Assembly (NCBI GenBank): GCA_049322455.1
Contig: JBMOQY010000038.1
Coordinates: 768-64,767 of the forward strand
Length of the DNA stretch: 64,000 nucleotides
Source: Verrucomicrobiota bacterium
Lineage (GTDB): Bacteria > Verrucomicrobiota > Verrucomicrobiia > Opitutales > Opitutaceae
Reading direction: 5' to 3'
Each line of letters starts with the position of its first letter. Position 1 is the first letter of the stretch. Of this stretch, positions 1 to 10,054 are shown in pieces. A model generated the notes under the pieces. It did not search any database. It saw only the letters and a program-made list of their open reading frames with translations, and was not told the origin of the DNA. The translations under genes were made by a program, and so were the position numbers.

Positions 1-756
1 CCGCCGGCCGGCCTCGGTCGTCCGCCAGCGCCAGAACGCGATGAGCGCGACCGCGATCAACGGCACCACCAGGACGCCGTAGCGCACCATGAACTGGGCG
101 CCGCCGACCACGAGCTGGGTGGTGAGCGGGAGCTTGCCCCCCAGCGAAGCCAGCAGGCCTTGCAGACGCGGCAGCAGGAAGAACACGAAGAACAGGATGA
201 CGCCGAAGGCCAGCACGCACACGAAAACCGGATAGACCATCGCGGTGGCGAGGCGCTGCCGCATCTCCTTCTGCTGCGTGAAATGATCGATGAGGCGCTG
301 GAGGACCTCGGTGAGGTTGCCGGTGGCCTCGGCGGCGCGGACGAGCGACACGGTCTGCCGGTCGAAGACGGCGGGGATCTGCTCCATCGCCTGCGAAAGG
401 GTGAGGCCGCCGCTCAGGCGTTCCCACAGGGCGGAGCTGAGCAGGCGGAGGTTCTTCTCCTTCAGGCGGGCGCTGAGCAGGCGCACGGCCTCGCCGGCCG
501 ACAGACCGCCGGCGGTGAGCTCGTGCAGCGCCTCCAGAAACGGCAGATGCTCGCGTCGGGAGAGGGTGGACAGATCCGTGCCGCCCGCAGCCGCCTCGGT
601 GCGACCGGGGCGTGCGCCGGCCGCATCCTCGATCTTCACCGGCTTGAGCCCGCGGGCGGCCAGCTGGCGCAGCGCGTCACGCCGGTTGGGTGCATCCAGA
701 CTGGCCTCGACCAACTGGCCGGCGGAGTCGCAGGCGGTGTAACGGAAGCTGGGCAT
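1..756 (-). CDS. gspF: Type II secretion system protein F (GspF/PilC family), N-terminal part; gene runs off the left window edge
   Basis: Own reverse translation from ATG at 754-756: MPSFRYTACDSAGQLVEASLDAPNRRDALRQLAARGLKPVKIEDAAGARPGR... followed by hydrophobic TM segments. Lies 5 nt downstream of the gspE stop. Absent from the ORF track because the ORF is open at the edge. Confidence 0.85.
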   Translation of the reverse strand, partial: MPSFRYTACDSAGQLVEASLDAPNRRDALRQLAARGLKPVKIEDAAGARPGRTEAAAGGTDLSTLSRREHLPFLEALHELTAGGLSAGEAVRLLSARLKEKNLRLLSSALWERLSGGLTLSQAMEQIPAVFDRQTVSLVRAAEATGNLTEVLQRLIDHFTQQKEMRQRLATAMVYPVFVCVLAFGVILFFVFFLLPRLQGLLASLGGKLPLTTQLVVGGAQFMVRYGVLVVPLIAVALIAFWRWRTTEAGRR

Positions 757-761
757 GCCGC

Positions 762-2459
762 TCAGTGGTCCGAGACCGTGATGACGCGGAGCACCTCGTC
801 CATGGTCGTGAGGCCGGAGCGGACCTTCTGCCAGCCGGATTGCTGGAGCGTGCGCATGCCGTGCTCGCGCGCGCACTTGGCGAGCGTGCGGGTGGATTCG
901 CGCCGGATGACGAGGTCGTGCAGCTCGGAGCCGGGCTCGAGGATCTCGAACAGGCCGATGCGTCCGCGGTAGCCGCTCTGACGGCAGCGGTCGCAGCCGA
1001 CCGGGGCCATGAGCTGGGTGACGCCATCGGCCTCGGCGTGGTCGAGGCCGAGAATGGAGAGGGAGTCGCGCAGCTTGACCGGATCGGCCGGCGCGGGCCG
1101 GGCGCAGTGTTCGCAGAGCCGGCGCACGAGGCGCTGGGCGATGACCAGCTCGACCGCCGAGGTGATGAGGAAGGGCTCGATGCCCATGTCGATCAGGCGG
1201 GTGATGGCGCCGGGTGCGTCGTTGGTGTGGAGGGTCGAGAAGACCAGGTGGCCGGTAAGCGAGGCGCGGATGGCGATGTCGGCCGTCTCGCGGTCGCGCA
1301 CCTCGCCGACCATGATGACATCGGGATCCTGGCGCAGGATGTGGCGCAGGGCGCTGGCGAAGGTGAGGTTGATCTCCGGGCGCACCTGGATCTGATTGGC
1401 GCCGGGCACCTCGTATTCGATGGGGTCCTCGACGGTGACGATGCGGAGGTCGGTGGAGTTGATTTCGCGGAGAAACGCGTTGAGCGAGGTGGACTTGCCG
1501 GAGCCGGTGGGACCGGTGACGAGGATGATGCCGTGGGGGAAACCGAGCACACGGCGGACGGCGGCCTGCTCGCCGGCGTCCATGCCGAGACGGTCCATGG
1601 TGTAGGCCTCGCGGCGGAGGTTGAGGAGGCGCAGGCTGACGCTCTCGGCGTAGATGGTGGGGATGGTGGAAACGCGGATGTCGAGGGTGTTGCCGTTGGC
1701 CTTGAAGTTGATGCGGCCGTCCTGCGGCAGGCGCTTCTCGGAGATGTTGAGGCGCGCCATGATCTTGAGGCGCGAGATAATGGCGTCCTGGTAGCGGATG
1801 AGGTTTTCGGGCAGCGGGACGGGCACGAGCAGACCGTCCACGCGGTAGCGGATGCGGAGCTGACCCTCCTGCGGTTCGAAATGGATGTCGGTCGCGCTGT
1901 CCTCGATGGCCTGGGAGATCACCTCGGTGACGAAGCGCACGACGGCGGCCTCGTCGTCGGCCTCGGTGTCGGCGGCCGCGGTGCTGGCGGCGAGTTCAGG
2001 CAGGTCGTCGTCGTTTTCCAGGCTGCCGGCGCCGACGCCGTAGCGCTCGACGATGAGCTGGGTGATGCGGTCGGCCGGAGCGAGCACCCAGCGCAGCGGG
2101 CGCGACGTGAAAGTGGCAAGCCAGTCGGTGACGACATCGTCGGGCGGCCAGGTCGTGGCGAGGGTCAGCGCGCCGGTGTTCCCCATGGACTCGACGGGCA
2201 CAACGAGGAAATCCCGCGCGAGGCGCGCCGGGAGCAGCGCCACGCCACCGGGATCGGCCTTCAGTTCTCGCACCACGGGCAGGCCGGTGGCGACGGCAAG
2301 CTCACGGAGTGCTGCCTGCTCGTCCACGCCGAGGGCGGTGGCGAGGGCGGCGAGGCGGCGGTCGCGGGCCGATTCCGCAAGCGTGCGGAGCTGGTCCTCC
2401 TTGAGCCGTGTCCGCAGCGCGGCGGGCAGCGTGTCCGATTCCGCGGTCATGAGGGTCAC
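762..2459 (-). CDS. gspE: Type II secretion ATPase GspE (GspE/PilB family)
   Basis: 565 aa. Walker A GPTGSGKST, EDPIEY and tetracysteine CxxC...CxxC (CEHC...CDRC) motifs. GTG start at 2459 overlaps the gspD stop (GTGA); an ATG at 2450 is an alternative start. Confidence 0.95.
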   Translation of the reverse strand: MTLMTAESDTLPAALRTRLKEDQLRTLAESARDRRLAALATALGVDEQAALRELAVATGLPVVRELKADPGGVALLPARLARDFLVVPVESMGNTGALTLATTWPPDDVVTDWLATFTSRPLRWVLAPADRITQLIVERYGVGAGSLENDDDLPELAASTAAADTEADDEAAVVRFVTEVISQAIEDSATDIHFEPQEGQLRIRYRVDGLLVPVPLPENLIRYQDAIISRLKIMARLNISEKRLPQDGRINFKANGNTLDIRVSTIPTIYAESVSLRLLNLRREAYTMDRLGMDAGEQAAVRRVLGFPHGIILVTGPTGSGKSTSLNAFLREINSTDLRIVTVEDPIEYEVPGANQIQVRPEINLTFASALRHILRQDPDVIMVGEVRDRETADIAIRASLTGHLVFSTLHTNDAPGAITRLIDMGIEPFLITSAVELVIAQRLVRRLCEHCARPAPADPVKLRDSLSILGLDHAEADGVTQLMAPVGCDRCRQSGYRGRIGLFEILEPGSELHDLVIRRESTRTLAKCAREHGMRTLQQSGWQKVRSGLTTMDEVLRVITVSDH

Positions 2460-4510
2460 TCTTTCGCCGGGGCGAGTCCAAGCGCCTCCTTGACCTTCTC
2501 CCGTTGCTTCTTCGGAAACTCCTCGACCTGCTTGAGGGCGGCAACGTTGTCCGCCGGGGTGTTGGTGAGCACCGTGGGGCGGAGGAAAAAGACGAGGTCG
2601 GTGCGGGTATCCTCGCGCGAGCGAGTGCCGAGCAGATCGCCGATGATGGGAATGGGGCCGAGGCGGCTGGTGCTGCGGGACTTTGAAGTGCGCTGCAGGC
2701 CGCCGAGCACGATGATCTCCCCGCTGCGGACGCTGACGAACGACTCGGTTTCGCGGTTGCCGATGCGGGGCTGCGGGTTGCCGTCGATGGTGATCTCCCC
2801 GAGGATATCATCCACCTTCTGCTTGATCTCCAGCTGGACGGAACCGTCGGTGCCGATGAGGGGTTTGACGGTCAGCTCGATGCCGATCTTCTGGGGTTGG
2901 ACGGTGCTGCGGTAGCCGCCAAGGCCGGCGGTGGTGCCGGTGCTGTCGTTGAGGTAGCTGCTGATGACGGGGCGCGACTCGCCGACGAAGATTTTGCCCT
3001 CCTTGTTGTGTGTCGTGATGATGTTGGGCTGGGAGAGGATGGTGGCGTTGGTCTTGCGCGGGGTGGTAGCAAGGTTGACCACGGCGGCCAGATCATACGG
3101 ACCGGTCCCGACAACACCGGGGGTGGTGACGACGACATCCTTAACTTCGGCTCCGGCGAGAAGAGCGGAGCCGCCCACGAGCTTGTCACCCGTGATGGTC
3201 AGCCCGAGTTCACTGATGCCCGAGGTGGCGTTGTTTCCCAGCGTGACCTCGGCGATGACGACCTCGATGCGCACCTGCGCGAGGAGCACGTCGAGCTTGG
3301 CGACGAGTTCGTTGATGAGACGCACGTCGTCCACCGTGCCCGAGATGACGATCGAGTTGCTGCGCTCTTCCGGCAGGATTGTGAGCATCTGGCTGAACTG
3401 GTTGGAGGATTCGGGGGCGAGACCGAGCGAGTTCAGCAAAGGAGCGACCGCCACGGCAGGGGGTGGCGGGGTTGGAGCAGGCTGGCCAGACGGCCCGGAA
3501 GCGGGGGCATTGGCGGGGGCGGTCTGGCCGTAGGGGCGGGCGCTCTCGGTGCCGAGTGTCTTGGCGGCGTTGTTCTGGCCGGAGACGAGCTGGCTGAGGA
3601 TGGTGGCGACGTCCTTGGCGGCGGCGTGTTTGAGGTAGATGACCTCGTTGCGGGTGTTGGGGTCGGATTTGACGTCGAGTTTGGCGATCAGTTCGTCGAA
3701 GAAGGCGTGCTGGCGGGGGTCGGAGACGAGGATGAGCTGGTTGGTGCGGTCGTCGGCGTTGTAGGTGGTGGCGGTGCCGATCTGATTTTGCAGGGGGCCG
3801 CTGAAAATGGTGCGGATCCTGTTCACCACCTCGCTGGCCTTGGCGAAGTGGAGGGGGTAGAACTTTGGCTGCAGGCCTGTAAGGACGGGGCGGTCGAGTT
3901 TGGCGATGAGGGTCTCGATGCGTTGGAGCGTGGTCAAAGAGTCGGTGACCAGCGCGGCGTTGGCTTTCTCGAAGATGACCGGCGGGCTGCCGGCGGCGGG
4001 ATTGAGCAGGGGCGCGATTTGCGGAATGAGTTCCGCCACGCGCAGGAAATCCAGTTGAAAGATCTTGCTGGCGATCCGTCCGCTGGGCGGGAGCGGGAGG
4101 GTGGAGCCGTCGATCAATTCGGGAGCCTCCGACTTGGCGGAGGCCAGCGGGGTGACCTTCAGGAATTTGTCGTCGAGGGGACTGACGGCCACGCCATTGA
4201 GGGCGAGCACGGTTTCCAGAGCGCGGATGGCCTCCTCGCGGGTGACGCCGCCCTTGAGGGTCAGGGTGACGGTGGCGGTGGGCAACGCCTGGGGGCGCAA
4301 GACGGTTTTGCCGGTCCAGCGTTCGATCAGGGCCAGCACCTGATCGATGCTTTCATCGCGCAACAGCAGCGGCCCGATCTGGTCGGTGGCTCCGGGCGGC
4401 CGGGCTTCGCTCCCGGCAGGGGTTTGTGCGGGCAGCCTTGGCGGGGTGGCGCTGGCGGCCGCCAGGACAATCGCCAGGCATGCCAGACGGAGAGGGGAGG
4501 CTTTGGTCAT
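2456..4510 (-). CDS. gspD: Secretin GspD (outer-membrane channel of the T2SS)
   Basis: C-terminal secretin domain (VISGTVDDV..., ...IPIIGDLLG...). Start moved to the internal ATG giving the signal peptide MTKASPLRLACLAIVLAAASA; the 808-aa track ORF has an Arg/Pro-rich non-coding-looking extension. Confidence 0.9.
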   Translation of the reverse strand: MTKASPLRLACLAIVLAAASATPPRLPAQTPAGSEARPPGATDQIGPLLLRDESIDQVLALIERWTGKTVLRPQALPTATVTLTLKGGVTREEAIRALETVLALNGVAVSPLDDKFLKVTPLASAKSEAPELIDGSTLPLPPSGRIASKIFQLDFLRVAELIPQIAPLLNPAAGSPPVIFEKANAALVTDSLTTLQRIETLIAKLDRPVLTGLQPKFYPLHFAKASEVVNRIRTIFSGPLQNQIGTATTYNADDRTNQLILVSDPRQHAFFDELIAKLDVKSDPNTRNEVIYLKHAAAKDVATILSQLVSGQNNAAKTLGTESARPYGQTAPANAPASGPSGQPAPTPPPPAVAVAPLLNSLGLAPESSNQFSQMLTILPEERSNSIVISGTVDDVRLINELVAKLDVLLAQVRIEVVIAEVTLGNNATSGISELGLTITGDKLVGGSALLAGAEVKDVVVTTPGVVGTGPYDLAAVVNLATTPRKTNATILSQPNIITTHNKEGKIFVGESRPVISSYLNDSTGTTAGLGGYRSTVQPQKIGIELTVKPLIGTDGSVQLEIKQKVDDILGEITIDGNPQPRIGNRETESFVSVRSGEIIVLGGLQRTSKSRSTSRLGPIPIIGDLLGTRSREDTRTDLVFFLRPTVLTNTPADNVAALKQVEEFPKKQREKVKEALGLAPAKE

Positions 4511-5046
4511 TAGAAAATGGTTCGAGAAACGCTTGGCGCGCGCGCTCATAATCTTTGAAGCCTTTTCCTCGGCCCTTGGCAAGCGGCGCATTGGGACAGA
4601 TTTTGCCGGCCGAAGCCGCGCCGGGATCGCGGCTATCCGCTTTGCCTCCCGCCCCGGTATGTCTGGGCGCATTCCGGCAAACCGGCACGGACGGGCAACA
4701 TCGGCGGACGATTGCGCGCGCCCTTTCGCCTGGCAACTCTCCAGGGGTTGCCCCGGGATTCTCCGCACGAGCTTCCACAGCCCCGCGGCCACGGGGCCGG
4801 CCGGGCGGCATCCGAATTCCATTTGCGAAACCCCGCGGCAAGCTGCGGGGAAGCTTTCGGCATTCAAAGACCTCGCGCCCATTTCTCCCTATCGCCCTCG
4901 AAACACTGCCGCATCATCGGCGCGGGTTTTTTCCGGACATGGGCGGCCTGTTTGCACCACGATGACACGGAGGGCATGGGGAAAATCCCGACCCCGGGAG
5001 GACTTTCGCCTTGGTCTGGGCCGGACTTCGTGTTCTTCGTGCCGTC

Positions 5047-5817
5047 GTGGCCAAACTTCATCATGTCGATCTGGGAGGCGCGGGTCATCCACCCATGATC
5101 CTGCTGCACGGCTTGCTCGGGTCGTCGCGCAACTGGCTGAGCACGGGGCGCGACCTTGCGAGGCATTTCCATGTCCACGCCCCGGATGCCCGCAACCATG
5201 GCAAGTCGCCGCATGCGGCCGCCATGAACTACGAGGTGATGATGCTCGACCTCATCCGCTGGATGGATGCGCACGGCCTGGCGCGGGCCACCGTCGTCGG
5301 ACACAGCATGGGCGGGAAGACCGCGATGCTGCTGGCCTGCCGGCACCCGGAACGGGTGGAACGGCTGGTGGTGGTGGACATCGCGCCCAAGGACTATTCG
5401 TGGGCGGCGCACCGGGCGGAATTCCTGGCCATGCTCGAGCTCGATCTCGCCAGCCTGCAGTCGCGCCAGGAGGCCGAGATGCGTTTCGAGGCGCGGGTGC
5501 CCGATCTCGGGATGAGAAAATTCCTGGCGACCAATCTTGAACGGACCGCCGCGGGTGGTTGGCGTTGGATCGTCAACCTCCCCGTGCTGGGGCAGGCACT
5601 GCCGGTGCTGGAGAAGAACAGCCTGGATCCGACGGACCGTTTTGCGGGACCGACGCTGTTCGTCCTCGGCGGGCGCTCGCGCTACGCCGAGAGCCGCGAC
5701 CACGACCTGATCCGCCGGCATTTCCCGTCTGCGCGCATCGAGGTCCTTGCCGGCTCCGGCCACAATCCGCACATGGACGCGCGCGAGAAGTTCGTGGAAC
5801 TGGTGGCCGGAACGTAG
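5047..5817 (+). CDS. Alpha/beta hydrolase (YbfF/esterase-like)
   Basis: HGLLGSSRNW oxyanion region and GHSMGG nucleophile elbow. The track ORF begins at a TTG (5011). The GTG at 5047 gives the family-typical short N-terminus (M)AKLHHVDLGGAGHPPMILLHG. Start is uncertain. Confidence 0.8.
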   Translation: MAKLHHVDLGGAGHPPMILLHGLLGSSRNWLSTGRDLARHFHVHAPDARNHGKSPHAAAMNYEVMMLDLIRWMDAHGLARATVVGHSMGGKTAMLLACRHPERVERLVVVDIAPKDYSWAAHRAEFLAMLELDLASLQSRQEAEMRFEARVPDLGMRKFLATNLERTAAGGWRWIVNLPVLGQALPVLEKNSLDPTDRFAGPTLFVLGGRSRYAESRDHDLIRRHFPSARIEVLAGSGHNPHMDAREKFVELVAGT

Positions 5818-5823
5818 GCGGCC

Positions 5824-7218
5824 TTACGTCTCGTTCACGATCGGCACGTGGTCGCGCATGACGGCGGCGCGGCTGCGTTCGGCGGCGGGCAGCCATTTCC
5901 GCTTCACCCAGCGGTGATACATGATGACGCCGCGCAACCACTCGTCGCAGGTCATGGCGATCCAGATGCCGACGAGGCCCCAGCCGAGGTGCAGGCCGAG
6001 AAACCAGGAGTTGGGCACCCAGAGCGTCCACATGCACACGGCGCCGATCTGGACGGGGAAACGCGCATCGCCGGTGGCGCGGAGCGAATTGATGACGACG
6101 ATGTTGAAGACGCGGCCGATCTCCAAAATGAAGGCGATGCGCAGCAGCAGCGTGCCGCCGGCGATGATTTCCGGGTCGTGGGAAAAGAGGGCGATGAGGT
6201 GCGGCGCGACGAGGGCGATGATCACCATGCCGCCGGCCGTCAGCATCAGGCAGAGTTTCAGGCTGCCCAGCAGCTGGCGGTAAGCACCCTCGAAGTCGCC
6301 CGCGCCGACGAGCCGGCCCACGACGATCTCGGTGCCGAGGCCGAGCGACAGGCTGAAGAGAATCACGAGCGACTGCACGGTCTGGGAGTAGGCCATGATG
6401 GAGAGGCTCCCGGCGCCCATCCGGCCGATGAAGCCCGTGACCAGCAGCAGCGCCAGCCAGTAAGACAGGTGCTCGCCGGCCGCCGGCAGCCCGATGTGGA
6501 GGATGCGGCGGAGCCGCGCCATCGGCAGGTCGAACGGCGTCCGCCAATGCATGCGGATGCCCAGGCGCCGGCTGAGCAGGATGAGCAGCGTGGTGGTCGC
6601 CACGAGCCGGCTGAAGACGCTGGCCGCGGCCACGCCCTCGACGCCGAGCTTCGGCAGGCCGAACCAGCCGAACAGGACCAGTGACACGCCGATGACGTTG
6701 AGGATGTTCTGCCCGACGGTGACAAACATCACGTCGCGCGTGTTGCCGTGGGCGCGCAGGATGGCGCCGACGGAGGTGTTGATCGCCTCAAGGAAGAGCG
6801 TGCCGCCCATCAGTCCCATGAAAGGCAGGGCATAGACCATCAAGCTGGCGGGAAGCTGCATCAGGCGGAGCAGCTCTTCGTTGAAGGCGAAGATGACCGC
6901 GCTGGCGAGAAGCCCCATCCAGAGGTTCACGCCAAGGGCGGTCGAGGCAATGTTCTCCGCGCCCTTGCGGTCGTCCGCGCCGAGGTGGTGGGTGATGACC
7001 ACGCTGGTGCCGATGCCGATGAAATTGAAGCAGATGATCGCCAGCATGATCAGCCGGTGGGAGACGCCGAGCGCCGCCACCGCGCCATCGGAGACGTGCG
7101 CCACCATGAAGGTGTCCACCGTGCCGATGAGGATGCGCAAGCTCTGCTCGACAAAGATCGGCCAGGCGATCGAGAGGAGGGTCGGCGTCTTGGTGGTCTG
7201 GTTGGGCTGGTGGCTCAT
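5824..7218 (-). CDS. MATE family efflux transporter
   Basis: 12-TM-like hydrophobic profile with MATE-typical N-terminus MSHQPNQTTKTPTLLSIAWPIFVEQSLRILIGTVDTFMV. Start set to the internal ATG (residue 70 of the track ORF). Confidence 0.9.
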   Translation of the reverse strand: MSHQPNQTTKTPTLLSIAWPIFVEQSLRILIGTVDTFMVAHVSDGAVAALGVSHRLIMLAIICFNFIGIGTSVVITHHLGADDRKGAENIASTALGVNLWMGLLASAVIFAFNEELLRLMQLPASLMVYALPFMGLMGGTLFLEAINTSVGAILRAHGNTRDVMFVTVGQNILNVIGVSLVLFGWFGLPKLGVEGVAAASVFSRLVATTTLLILLSRRLGIRMHWRTPFDLPMARLRRILHIGLPAAGEHLSYWLALLLVTGFIGRMGAGSLSIMAYSQTVQSLVILFSLSLGLGTEIVVGRLVGAGDFEGAYRQLLGSLKLCLMLTAGGMVIIALVAPHLIALFSHDPEIIAGGTLLLRIAFILEIGRVFNIVVINSLRATGDARFPVQIGAVCMWTLWVPNSWFLGLHLGWGLVGIWIAMTCDEWLRGVIMYHRWVKRKWLPAAERSRAAVMRDHVPIVNET

Positions 7219-7549
7219 TTCCCGCAACCGGACCAAACACAGCCTGCGCCCCGGCGAGTAAAGCCGATTTACGCCGGGCAGTGCAGGCACACGAAGCAGG
7301 GGCGGCGTGATTTGACGGAGGGAGGCGCGTTTCTCGCACGGCGACACAGGCGAGGGCTGCACACCGGGCCTTGGCGGACACCCCCTCGCAGAAGGGATTG
7401 CACGCCGTCCTCCCGCCGGCGCCACTCCCGGCCGTGCCGCGTCCCGATGCCGATTGCGGAAGCGACGGGAAACGTTTCAGCATTCAGGGAGCAAACTTCC
7501 GGGAGCGGCCCCCTGGCGAGCGGCGGGGCGAAGCGCCGGGGTGCGTTGC

Positions 7550-8539
7550 TTAACGTCGCGCCCAGATCCGCAGGGACGAGAGCAGGAAATTCTCTAGCGC
7601 GGCGGACTCGTTGAGGTTCAGGCGGAGCAGGCCGGTGTCATGCTCGAGCCGGGCGATGGCGGCGACGACAGCGCGGCGGGCGCTTTCGTCGCCCGCGACC
7701 AGGCGCTGCTGGGCGAAGGCGCGGGTGGCGTGCTCGATCTCGGCGAAGAGTTTGGAGCGGACGCCGTTGGCGATGCCGGTCTCGATGGCGGCCTGTTCGT
7801 CGTCGGGGATGTCCTCGGGCAGCTTCTCCTTCTGCTGTTTCCAGATCTGGCCGGTGGCGGCGGCGAGGACGGCATTGAAGCGCGTGACGAGGCCGTAGAT
7901 GGCCATGACCTGGTCGGCGACGGCGCGCTTGTCGGCCTGGCCGGCGGCGACCTGCCCGAGCCATGCGGTGTAGTCGGCGAGGGTCTCCTTCCAGGTTTTT
8001 CGCAGCGTCTCGTCGGCATCGGCGAGGGCCTCGTGGCCGGCGTCGGTGAACCGGAAATGCAGGCAGCGGCTGCGGATGGTGGGCAGGAGGGAGTAGGGGC
8101 GGGTGGTGAGCAGCAGGATGGTGGTGCTGGCGGTCGGTTCCTCGAGGGTCTTGAGAAAGACGTTGGCCGTGTTCGGGTTCATCCGGTCGGCCTCATAGAC
8201 CACGAGCACCTTGCGCATCGAGATTTGGGGCGAGACCTGCATGCGGCCGATGACCTCGCGCATGGGCTCGACTTTGATCTGGCGCGACTTGTCGGCGGGA
8301 CGCAGGGCGAGGAAGTCGGGGTGTTGCTTGGGCGGGAAATACTGGGTGGGCTGGCGCGGATCGTTGAGGAGGCGGTCGGCGATGGCGTGGGCGACGCTGG
8401 CCAGGGTGCTGAGGTTTTCACCGTGCAGCAGAAGGCTGTGGGCGAGGCGGCGGCGCTCGATGGCGCGTTCGAGCACGGCGACCGTGGGCGTGCCGGCAAG
8501 GGCAGGGGGCCAAGGCAGCGGTTCGGCGGCGGCGGACAT
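7550..8539 (-). CDS. holB: DNA polymerase III delta-prime subunit
   Basis: C-terminal 329 aa of the 805-aa track ORF: RLAHSLLLHG..., FLKTLEEP, SRC motif (TIRSRCLHFRF). Immediately downstream of tmk, the classic pairing. Confidence 0.85.
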   Translation of the reverse strand: MSAAAEPLPWPPALAGTPTVAVLERAIERRRLAHSLLLHGENLSTLASVAHAIADRLLNDPRQPTQYFPPKQHPDFLALRPADKSRQIKVEPMREVIGRMQVSPQISMRKVLVVYEADRMNPNTANVFLKTLEEPTASTTILLLTTRPYSLLPTIRSRCLHFRFTDAGHEALADADETLRKTWKETLADYTAWLGQVAAGQADKRAVADQVMAIYGLVTRFNAVLAAATGQIWKQQKEKLPEDIPDDEQAAIETGIANGVRSKLFAEIEHATRAFAQQRLVAGDESARRAVVAAIARLEHDTGLLRLNLNESAALENFLLSSLRIWARR

Positions 8540-8564
8540 GGGGCAGAGGACGGAGGGCGGAAAC

Positions 8565-9215
8565 TCAACCCAGCCGCTTCCGCACGACGGACCAGACCTT
8601 TTTCTCCAGGGCCGCGGGGGCGAGGGTGCCGTCGAAGACGACGACGCGGTCGGGCCATTCCTTGGCGAGCAGCAGATAGCCCTCGCGGACCTTTTTGTAG
8701 AAGGAGATGTTCTCGCGCTCCATGCGGTCGGGCAGGTCGGAGGCGCGCTGGCGCACGCGCTGGAGGCTGATCTCGGTGGGCACGTCGATGACGATGGTGA
8801 GATCGGGCATGACGTTGCCGACGGCGAAACGGTTGATCGCGCTGACCGGACCTGGGGCGAGGTTGCGGGCGATGCCCTGATAGACGGTCGAAGAGTCGAG
8901 GAAACGGTCGCTGAGGACGACGGCACCGCGCTCGAGGGCGGGAGCGATGACCTCGCGCACGACCTGGGCGCGGGCGGCGGTGAAGAGCAGCAGCTCGGTC
9001 TCGGGGCACATCTCGTCGCCGCGGGAGTTGTGGACGATGATGTTGCGGATCTGCTCACCGATCTCGGTGCCGCCGGGTTCGCGGGTGGCGACGACCTCGC
9101 GGCCGGCCTTTTGCAGGCGCTCCGCCAGGCGGATGATCTGGGTGGACTTGCCGCTGCCTTCGGAGCCCTCGAAGGAGATGAGCCTGCCGGCAGGTGTGGA
9201 CTTCTTGGGGGGCAT
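8565..9215 (-). CDS. tmk: Thymidylate kinase
   Basis: P-loop ISFEGSEGSGKSTQ, TREPGGT, DRF motifs. Start at the internal ATG (MPPKKSTPAGRLISFEG). Confidence 0.9.
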   Translation of the reverse strand: MPPKKSTPAGRLISFEGSEGSGKSTQIIRLAERLQKAGREVVATREPGGTEIGEQIRNIIVHNSRGDEMCPETELLLFTAARAQVVREVIAPALERGAVVLSDRFLDSSTVYQGIARNLAPGPVSAINRFAVGNVMPDLTIVIDVPTEISLQRVRQRASDLPDRMERENISFYKKVREGYLLLAKEWPDRVVVFDGTLAPAALEKKVWSVVRKRLG

Positions 9216-9337
9216 GGGAACGGGTGGCCGACAGCGAACCAACGGGCCCGGTTTCGCGCAACCAGATTCAGCGGCGCGGCCCATCGAAAATGCCGTTGAT
9301 TGCGCCGCGCAAACGGGCCAACACTGCCGCCACTTAC

Positions 9338-10048
9338 ATGCCCAGCCTCCTCGCGCCTCCCGCCCTCGTTTCCGTCGTCAACGTCTGGCAGGTCTTCCTC
9401 ACCACCGACCGGGTGGGCCAGGTTGTCATCGCACTCCTCGCGGTGTTCAGCATCTTCGCATGGGCGGTGATGCTCGGCAAACACTCGGAGCTGAAAAAAC
9501 TGCGAGAGCTCAACTTCCGCTTCGAGCGCCTCCTCGGCCAGGAAAAACACATCCTCAGCCTGCCGGAGAACATGCGCCACCGGCGCGACATTCCCTATGC
9601 CGACCTGTTGGCCGACGCGCTCGAAGCCTACTGGCGCGCCGCCGCCATCGGCAAGGAAAAGGGCGACGATTCCGTGCGCTCCCGCATCGAGCATGCGGAG
9701 AACGCCATCCAGCGCGCGCTCGCCCGCCAGTCGCTCCGTTACGAGGCGAGCATGATCATCCTCGCTTCGCTCGTTTCGGGTGCGCCGTTCATGGGCCTGT
9801 TCGGCACGGTGTGGGGCGTGATGGAGGCGTTCGTCTCGGTGTCGGTCATGCAGACGGCGAGCATCCAAACGCTCGCCCCCGGCGTCTCGGCCGCGCTGCT
9901 CACCACCATCGCCGGTCTCGTGGTGGCGATTCCGTCGGTCTTCGGCTACAATATCCTCATCGGCCACGTGAAGACGATGATCACCGAACTGGAAAACTAC
10001 GCCAGCAGCCTCGCCGACCGCATCGAACTCGAGGCCAAACTAGACTGA
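9338..10048 (+). CDS. MotA/TolQ/ExbB proton-channel protein
   Basis: Three-TM pattern with the conserved C-terminal GAPFMGLFGTVWGVM...TTIAGLVVAIP region. Start at internal ATG MPSLLAPPALV. Confidence 0.85.
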   Translation: MPSLLAPPALVSVVNVWQVFLTTDRVGQVVIALLAVFSIFAWAVMLGKHSELKKLRELNFRFERLLGQEKHILSLPENMRHRRDIPYADLLADALEAYWRAAAIGKEKGDDSVRSRIEHAENAIQRALARQSLRYEASMIILASLVSGAPFMGLFGTVWGVMEAFVSVSVMQTASIQTLAPGVSAALLTTIAGLVVAIPSVFGYNILIGHVKTMITELENYASSLADRIELEAKLD

Positions 10049-10054
10049 CGCGCC

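Noticed and set aside
690-2915. 741-aa plus-strand ORF, with many similar long ORFs throughout the track (for example 2897..4513 +, 16142..17311 -, 18783..20282 -, 25870..27615 +, 28833..30470 -, 35743..37959 +, 40005..41438 -, 42117..43697 +, 43688..45286 +, 46751..48685 +, 50842..52797 +, 59453..60604 -).
   Set aside because: They run antisense to genes with unmistakable family motifs. They are Arg/Gly/Ala/Asp/His-rich and low in complexity, and they lack any recognisable domain. This is the classic high-GC shadow-ORF artefact.
5000-5007. GAAAGTCC (minus strand), reminiscent of the RNase P RNA P4 region, inside the 536-bp gspD/hydrolase intergenic region.
   Set aside because: The surrounding sequence lacks the other universally conserved RNase P blocks (the GGUGCCAGGUAACGCCUGGG-like and ACAGAA.CCGGCUUA-like blocks). 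This is probably just the gspD promoter/leader.
8540-9967. Upstream 476 codons of the 805-aa minus-strand ORF 7550..9967. Analogous N-terminal extensions occur in 13855..16341, 36718..38913, 42168..44768, 43682..45610, 45121..46656 and 46679..49264.
   Set aside because: The extensions overlap well-supported genes in other frames (tmk, tolQ, fabF-like, apaG, neighbouring hyf-like genes) and have non-protein-like composition. Real starts were placed at internal ATGs that give family-typical N-termini, and usually ATGA coupling.
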